A stretch of 39,741 nucleotides of DNA from Bacteroidota bacterium (GTDB lineage: Bacteria; Bacteroidota; Bacteroidia; CAIKAF01). The position numbers and the translations under genes were made by a program. The notes under the pieces are model-generated. The model was not told the DNA's origin, did not search any database, and saw only the letters and a list, made by a program, of their open reading frames with translations. Positions within the stretch are counted from its first letter, which is position 1; the number at the start of each line of letters is the position of its first letter. Positions 34,585-39,741 of this stretch are shown here, piece by piece. The stretch lies in assembly GCA_027621385.1 (NCBI GenBank), contig JAQCBQ010000001.1, positions 1 to 39,741 of the forward strand, written 5' to 3'.

Positions 34585-34609
34585 TTATTACTAGGGGATT
34601 CCCTGCTAT

Positions 34610-37408
34610 TTACCTGAGTACATTAAGTTTTCCCAAATAATCGTACTCGGTTCTGCAGGGTGATATGTAAAATACCCGATAAGCAAATACATCTGATTCA
34701 TAGGGTTCTGCATCTTTCCATGCATTCCATCCCTGCTTTGGATTCGTGCTTTCAAACACCAAATTTCCCCAGCGGTTAAACACCATAAACTGGTATTCTA
34801 AGTATCCAGGATCTACACCTCGAACATAATAGATTTCATTTAGTCCATCGCCATTGGGCGTAAAGGAATTGGCTAAAAAGAGTCCGTCGCGTCGGTTGGT
34901 ATAGCGAACAAAAATGGTATCTCTATACACTTCGCCACAATATTGAACATTGACAGCATAATTTTCTTCTTGGAAGGCAAATGCCGTATCAGAAGTGGAT
35001 CCATTCCACCACAGGTATTGAGCATCCGTTCCCAAATTGGGAATGAACAGGGGCGCAAGACCGCTGTCACAAACGGTTATATCGGGTCCTAAATTAATTT
35101 GCCCCGGTGTTAGTTGCTTGATAAAAATGGAGTCTGTAGTTGAGCCGCAGGCTCCATTCCATGTAACGAGATACCAGCCTCCGGTGGTTACTAAAATGGT
35201 ATCTGCGGTTGATCCTGTATTCCAAACTAAAGGGCCTGTGGTTCCGTTTGTAGTTAAAAGTGCAGTATCTCCAGGACAAACCAAGGAATCATCTCTCATA
35301 TTGAATTCTGCAGCTGTTCCTATTACGACAGTAAAGGTATCTCGAAGCGTTCCACAATCGTTGGAGACCTGCACCCAATATGTTCCTGAAGACTGAATTT
35401 CAATGGGATTGCTTACGGGTTGATTGTTGAGTTCATAGGTACAGGCAAAGCATGAAAAATCAAAACTCAACAGTGCAGTATCGCAGACAAGTCTGTCGGG
35501 GCCTAAAGAACCAGATGGTGGAGTGGAGCTACTCACCCATACCGTATCGCGGCTAACACCACATATCGAAGTTATGGTTACAAAATATTCACCTTCAAAT
35601 TGAGGGCTGATGGATGAGGTTGTAGCGCCGGTGCTCCACTGGTAAGTGCAACCGGGACAAGAGGCATCAATGATGGGCGGAATGCCTCCGCAAATCAACC
35701 TGTCGCTGCCTAGATTTACGGGAGTAAACACATTTACCGATATGCTATCTCTGAATAGGCAGCCGTTAAGTCCAACAATATCTACGTAATAAATTCCGGG
35801 TTGATTGATTACCGTTTGAGGACCTTGGGTTCCGTTGCTCCAAACTTGGGGGACAGCGGCAGGTAAGCCGGTATTTAAAGTAATGTTTTGCCCTGAGGCA
35901 CATAAGATGGTATCGGTTGGCAATACTCCTCCGAACGGTGCAGAAGGTATAATAATGACCATTCCAGTATCGCAACGGGAAAAGCAATAATCGTCGCAAA
36001 CGGTAAAGAAGACAGTATCAGGTCCTGTTTGAGGAGCCAAGGAATTCATATTGAGGATGCCGTTGTTGATGGTAGCATTGACATTGGCTGAAGTGGAAAG
36101 AATTGTCACAATTAGATTCGGGTTATCGGCATCGGAAGAGCCCAGCAACACATCTGCCTGTAAATTTGTGAACATGGGGGTGCAGGGCGCCACAACCTGG
36201 AGGTCTTGGGTAATCGGTTTAAGATTACCGGGGAGGGTTTCGGAGATTTTAAAGGAGAAACCCATATCTACGTTCAGATTCAGGCCAATGGCTTGAGGGT
36301 TGCAGGCCATTCCGGCGGCATTGGGGTTGGCAATTCCACCCAAATATTGAAATCCCACTCCGATGTCGCGGCGAATAAAATAGATGACATTGTCAGGGGC
36401 CAGTTTAATTCCGGCACAAATGAGCGAATTGTTGGCTCCGGCGCTATACACTTGCATTGGCGCTAAGCCGGGATTGTTCAAATCATATTGGTAAATGCGA
36501 CCGCCAGTAGCGTTGGAAGACCTAATTTTGCTGATGTACAACTTCGTTCCATCGGGGCTCCATTCAGCATCGTAATTGCCTTCAAAATTGGTGGCAGAGG
36601 CCCCAAAGACGGAGCTGGGCACCTGAGCAAGATTTGTAACCGTGCCATTGCCCAAGGCATAATCAGCCACTAAAACTGCATCGGTTTCACGTAGGGAAGT
36701 AATGGCCAGTTTTTGATTTACAACACTATGTCGGATTGAAGATGGTTCTCCTAAGGTGAACGGAATTTGAATGGCAGGCAGCGGAGTGATTCCTGTGGCG
36801 TCTATTCTCCAGCTGAGCAATGAATCTCCATTGGAATTGATGGCGTATAAGAAATACAGGTTTGAATTTTGGCCTTTAGCAATCTCGAATGCATCTGAAA
36901 TAGAGGGGTGCAATACAAGGTCTTTAGACCCGTTGGGCACATCGCCAAGTGGAGCGGCAACTGTTCCGTTTCCGGGCAGGGAAACATCAACTTTAGCATA
37001 CATTAAGGGGCCATATTGCCCTTGTAATACATTGTTTGGGGCGTAGAAGAAATAAAATTGATTGCAATTGCCAGGGTCTACGCTTACCTGACCATTGGAG
37101 GCGCAAGTGCTAAGTCCTGCCAAATTTCCATTGGGCATGGCCGTGTGCGTATTATCCCAAATGGTATTTCCATTGGTGTAGGCCAACAGTTGTCCGGAAT
37201 TTGGATGGTTTATTACACCGTTTCCTTGATCGGCATAGGGTAGAGCATGTCCTGCTGCTACCGCCGGAAAATTATTGACTTGACTGAAATTGACGATTGG
37301 GTCGGCGTTCAAGCCGAGTAACCATCGGTGGTTGTGAAATTGGGCAACAGAACCTGAAATAAGGAAAATCAGAGCGGATATAACCGAAACAATATGGCGG
37401 TAGCTCAT
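34610..37408 (-). CDS. T9SS type-B sorting-domain (gliding-motility-associated C-terminal domain) surface protein
   Basis: A signal peptide is followed by an N-terminal region of about 490 aa. Five tandem Cys-containing modules of about 69 aa follow (aa 493..838, nt 34895..35932). The C-terminal 94 aa read FTPNGDGLNE...FNRWGNLVFE...GKLNVLR, typical of CHU_C/TIGR04131. Confidence 0.85.
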   Translation of the reverse strand: MSYRHIVSVISALIFLISGSVAQFHNHRWLLGLNADPIVNFSQVNNFPAVAAGHALPYADQGNGVINHPNSGQLLAYTNGNTIWDNTHTAMPNGNLAGLSTCASNGQVSVDPGNCNQFYFFYAPNNVLQGQYGPLMYAKVDVSLPGNGTVAAPLGDVPNGSKDLVLHPSISDAFEIAKGQNSNLYFLYAINSNGDSLLSWRIDATGITPLPAIQIPFTLGEPSSIRHSVVNQKLAITSLRETDAVLVADYALGNGTVTNLAQVPSSVFGASATNFEGNYDAEWSPDGTKLYISKIRSSNATGGRIYQYDLNNPGLAPMQVYSAGANNSLICAGIKLAPDNVIYFIRRDIGVGFQYLGGIANPNAAGMACNPQAIGLNLNVDMGFSFKISETLPGNLKPITQDLQVVAPCTPMFTNLQADVLLGSSDADNPNLIVTILSTSANVNATINNGILNMNSLAPQTGPDTVFFTVCDDYCFSRCDTGMVIIIPSAPFGGVLPTDTILCASGQNITLNTGLPAAVPQVWSNGTQGPQTVINQPGIYYVDIVGLNGCLFRDSISVNVFTPVNLGSDRLICGGIPPIIDASCPGCTYQWSTGATTSSISPQFEGEYFVTITSICGVSRDTVWVSSSTPPSGSLGPDRLVCDTALLSFDFSCFACTYELNNQPVSNPIEIQSSGTYWVQVSNDCGTLRDTFTVVIGTAAEFNMRDDSLVCPGDTALLTTNGTTGPLVWNTGSTADTILVTTGGWYLVTWNGACGSTTDSIFIKQLTPGQINLGPDITVCDSGLAPLFIPNLGTDAQYLWWNGSTSDTAFAFQEENYAVNVQYCGEVYRDTIFVRYTNRRDGLFLANSFTPNGDGLNEIYYVRGVDPGYLEYQFMVFNRWGNLVFESTNPKQGWNAWKDAEPYESDVFAYRVFYISPCRTEYDYLGKLNVLR

Positions 37409-37550
37409 TATTAATCAGATAAAACAAGAGTAAAGGTACACCGCAAAAAGCAATACAGACGCATTTGGTATCTTTTTCCGCATCATAGACCTACAAAGGA
37501 CGAATTATGCTGCGTTTTCTTTCAATTTTAAAGGAGGGAGCCTTCAATGA

Positions 37551-37700
37551 GGAGGCTTGCGGCAGGGATTGACGGAATTAGCCCGCAAGGGTGGCTGCGG
37601 CTGCTGACGCTGGGCGAGGAGGCGACGTGAGGAGCCACCGCAGCCCATCGGCAGCCCGCCCGGCAACCGCGGACTAATCCGGAAAGCCCGTTCGCCGCCC
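37551..37700 (+). repeat. GC-rich repeat family B, copy B5, forward orientation
   Basis: The sequence runs ggaggcttgcggcagggattgacgg ... gaggaggcgacgtgaggagccaccgcagccc ... ggaaagcccgttcgccgccc. It abuts the terminator at 37702..37747. Confidence 0.85.
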
Positions 37701-37701
37701 C

Positions 37702-37747
37702 AAAAAACTAAACCCCCCACCCCTTTTCGAATGCGGTTGAGGTTTAG
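37702..37747 (-). terminator. Rho-independent terminator after the small lipoprotein gene
   Basis: On the minus strand the stem ctaaacctcaacc / ggtgggggtttag has one mismatch and one G-U pair. A TTTTTT run follows (37707..37702). It lies about 20 nt after the stop at 37769. Confidence 0.7.
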
Positions 37748-37768
37748 CTAATGTGTAGCGTCTTGAGT

Positions 37769-37987
37769 TTAATTGGAAGAAACGGTGCAGGAGTCGCCTA
37801 TTCCCGCGGCGTAATTCACGGCGTTGGTAACATGATTGTCCCAAAACGCGGGGTCGAGCGAGAATTGAGAGTCATTGGAGCATGAGTTGTACGAAGCAGC
37901 AGCTCCGGTGCACTCCAAACATTCGGTGGCAGTACAAGAGGCAAGGCTCAGGCCAACAATAGCGGAGAGAAAAACGAACTTTTTCAT
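37769..37987 (-). CDS. Small Cys-rich lipoprotein, hypothetical
   Basis: 72 aa with a lipoprotein signal (LSLASC). The mature part has 5 more Cys residues (TECLECTG...CSND...DSCT). It sits between the two T9SS cargo genes and has its own terminator. Confidence 0.55.
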   Translation of the reverse strand: MKKFVFLSAIVGLSLASCTATECLECTGAAASYNSCSNDSQFSLDPAFWDNHVTNAVNYAAGIGDSCTVSSN

Positions 37988-38005
37988 ATAGAATCGAGGT
38001 TGATT

Positions 38006-39741
38006 TTATCGGAGTAGAACGACTTTGCCCATGAATTCCTGGTACTTTTTTAGCTCGTTCAAGAACATAATACGATAGGAATAGCTGCCTGGCAGGCATT
38101 CTGTGACTCCATCGGGTTGCAATCCTGTCCAAGGTTTATCGGGGCTTCCACCTTCGTAGACTTTATTCCCCCAGCGGTCATACACCAGCACCAACACGTT
38201 CACATTGTCGGTCAAGTTGGTGCCTTTCGGGAACCAAGTTTCGTTGAGGCCGTCGCCATCGGGAGTGAAAGAACTAGGAATCCACAGTTCTGAAATTCCT
38301 TCCACTTCCACCATGGTTCCGGTGCTATCTGAGCAGCCATATTGATTGGTCACCACCAATTGCACGGTATATTCTCCTACATCGGGGAAGGTCCAACTGG
38401 GGTCTGAGGCTCCGACGCCTCCAACACCATTAAAGGTCCAATTCCAAGCCACCACATCGGGGCTAGATTGGTCTGAAAAGTAGAAAATAGGGTTCCCGAT
38501 GTTGGCTTTATTTGGGGTAAACGAAAAATCGGCAATGGGTAGGGGGCGGGCAAAGGCTGCGCTGTCAATGCGGATGCTGTCCACACATCCATCGGCGGTA
38601 CTTACCTTTAAAAAGGCTCCATACACTCCTGGAGCGTTAAATACGACGTCGGGATTTTGTTGAGTAAATCCTCCTTTAGTATCAATGAACCAATTCCAGC
38701 TATTGATAATTCCACCGTTGCCTTGCGACAAATCCGTGAAGGTTAGATTGGCTGGAATGCAAGCTTCTGGTGGAACTACCGAGAAATTGGCTGTGGGTAA
38801 GGCGAACACCACCACCGACACATCGGCAGAATCGATGCAGCCGTTGGCATCGGTTCCGATGGCTCGGTAAGTTGTAGTTTGGGCAGGGGCGACTTCCAAT
38901 GTAGTGCCTGTGGTAGCGCCGTTTGCGCCTGCCGGGTTCCAGGCGTAAGAAACACCTCCGGCGGCGGTCAGCACCACCGAATCTTGCAAGCAAATAGAAG
39001 GCGCAAGGGGAGTAATACTAACTTGGGCAGCAGGGTAAACGGTTACCAGAACTGTATCTGAGTTTACGCAGCCATTGGCGTTGGTGCCGGTCACGATGTA
39101 TTGCGTGGTATTTATGGGGTCGGCAATGGGATTGGCCACGTTGGTGGCGCTTAGACCTGTAGAAGGAGTCCACTGGTATGTTGTAGCTCCACTGGCTGTT
39201 AGTTGCACGTCGGCTTCGGGGCAAATGAAGGGGGCCGAAGGAGTAATATCCACATTTGGAAGAGGATTTACCGTTACATTGATAATGCGTGTTGCTGTGC
39301 ACAAGGTACTAGAGACGGTAACACTATATGCGGTAGTTTGAGTTGGAAAAGCAAGAGGATTAGGTATAGTAGTTCCACTTAGTGTGGCTCCAGGACTCCA
39401 GGAGTACGTAATGTTTTGGCCGGTGGTTCCAAGAGCCCAAATTTGAGCCGTATCGCCGATGCAAATGGCGGTATCGGGGCTTGTAGTGACAGGCATTGGG
39501 CCTACAGTTACAGTGACCGTATCTTGGAAAAACGAAGTGCCACAACTGGAATAGGGCAATTTAGCCAGATAAGAAGTTGTAGTTGTAGGACTAACGGTGA
39601 GTGTATTTCCGGTTCCCAACACCTGCCCCCCCATGGTCGTCCACTGAATAGGAGGAATATTGGTGGCGATGAAAACGGGAGCGAAAGGAACCGTAGATAC
39701 TGTATAGGTATTGCCCGATGGGGTAAAGCGACGCCCGTCAG
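38006..39741 (-). CDS. T9SS type-B sorting-domain surface protein with Ig-like and PKD repeats. The 5' end is partial and runs off the window.
   Basis: The frame stays open from 39634 to the window end (I translated ...NIPPIQWTTMGGQ). It contains repeated Ig-like modules of about 80 aa (P..I..G....L.A.G...Y.W.P...L), two PKD-like segments and a C-terminal FTPDGDGLNE...YDRWGNKVYE...GKVVLLR. Confidence 0.85.
   Translation of the reverse strand, partial: DGRRFTPSGNTYTVSTVPFAPVFIATNIPPIQWTTMGGQVLGTGNTLTVSPTTTTSYLAKLPYSSCGTSFFQDTVTVTVGPMPVTTSPDTAICIGDTAQIWALGTTGQNITYSWSPGATLSGTTIPNPLAFPTQTTAYSVTVSSTLCTATRIINVTVNPLPNVDITPSAPFICPEADVQLTASGATTYQWTPSTGLSATNVANPIADPINTTQYIVTGTNANGCVNSDTVLVTVYPAAQVSITPLAPSICLQDSVVLTAAGGVSYAWNPAGANGATTGTTLEVAPAQTTTYRAIGTDANGCIDSADVSVVVFALPTANFSVVPPEACIPANLTFTDLSQGNGGIINSWNWFIDTKGGFTQQNPDVVFNAPGVYGAFLKVSTADGCVDSIRIDSAAFARPLPIADFSFTPNKANIGNPIFYFSDQSSPDVVAWNWTFNGVGGVGASDPSWTFPDVGEYTVQLVVTNQYGCSDSTGTMVEVEGISELWIPSSFTPDGDGLNETWFPKGTNLTDNVNVLVLVYDRWGNKVYEGGSPDKPWTGLQPDGVTECLPGSYSYRIMFLNELKKYQEFMGKVVLLR

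Noticed and set aside
35037-36673. Several 60-120 aa ORFs on both strands inside the 932-aa T9SS gene, and similar ones inside the 38006..39741 gene
   Set aside because: They are shadow ORFs within long, repeat-rich coding regions. The sense frame is continuous and ends in a recognisable sorting domain.
1-39741. Mobile genetic element, prophage, defence island or CRISPR-Cas locus
   Set aside because: I recognised no integrase, transposase, recombinase, reverse transcriptase, restriction/modification, toxin-antitoxin or cas-like gene. Gene content is housekeeping, and composition is uniform apart from the GC-rich repeats.

Overview
This window looks like ordinary chromosomal core DNA from a Bacteroidota genome (Flavobacteriia or Cytophagia-like). 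Three things support that assignment: two large proteins ending in the T9SS type-B (gliding-motility-associated, CHU_C) sorting domain, a DUF4271-hemD-rnpA arrangement, and TAnnTTTG-type -7 promoter boxes. I call about 36 CDS. Most are housekeeping genes: dprA, lysC, ddl, a glutamate dehydrogenase, a TonB-dependent receptor, an lpxH-like gene, rnpA, hemD, an agmatinase plus deoxyhypusine-synthase-like pair, frr, mazG, glpK, kynA, a histidine kinase and response regulator pair, gatC, three M23/LytM proteins, two GT2 glycosyltransferases, and a serine-palmitoyltransferase-like alpha-oxoamine synthase. I found no tRNA, rRNA, CRISPR array, transposase, integrase or recognisable defence genes, and no convincing novel multi-gene protein system. 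The unexplained signal is non-coding. (1) A dispersed family of 150-nt elements of roughly 75% G+C has four close copies and one divergent 140-nt copy in intergenic DNA. (2) A second unrelated repeat of about 170 nt occurs twice, about 95% identical over its core, inside long gene-free gaps. (3) Two separate cases exist where the 3' end of a gene (lysC, gdh) is duplicated just downstream of itself. All protein calls rest on motifs I recognised by eye. No database search was run.
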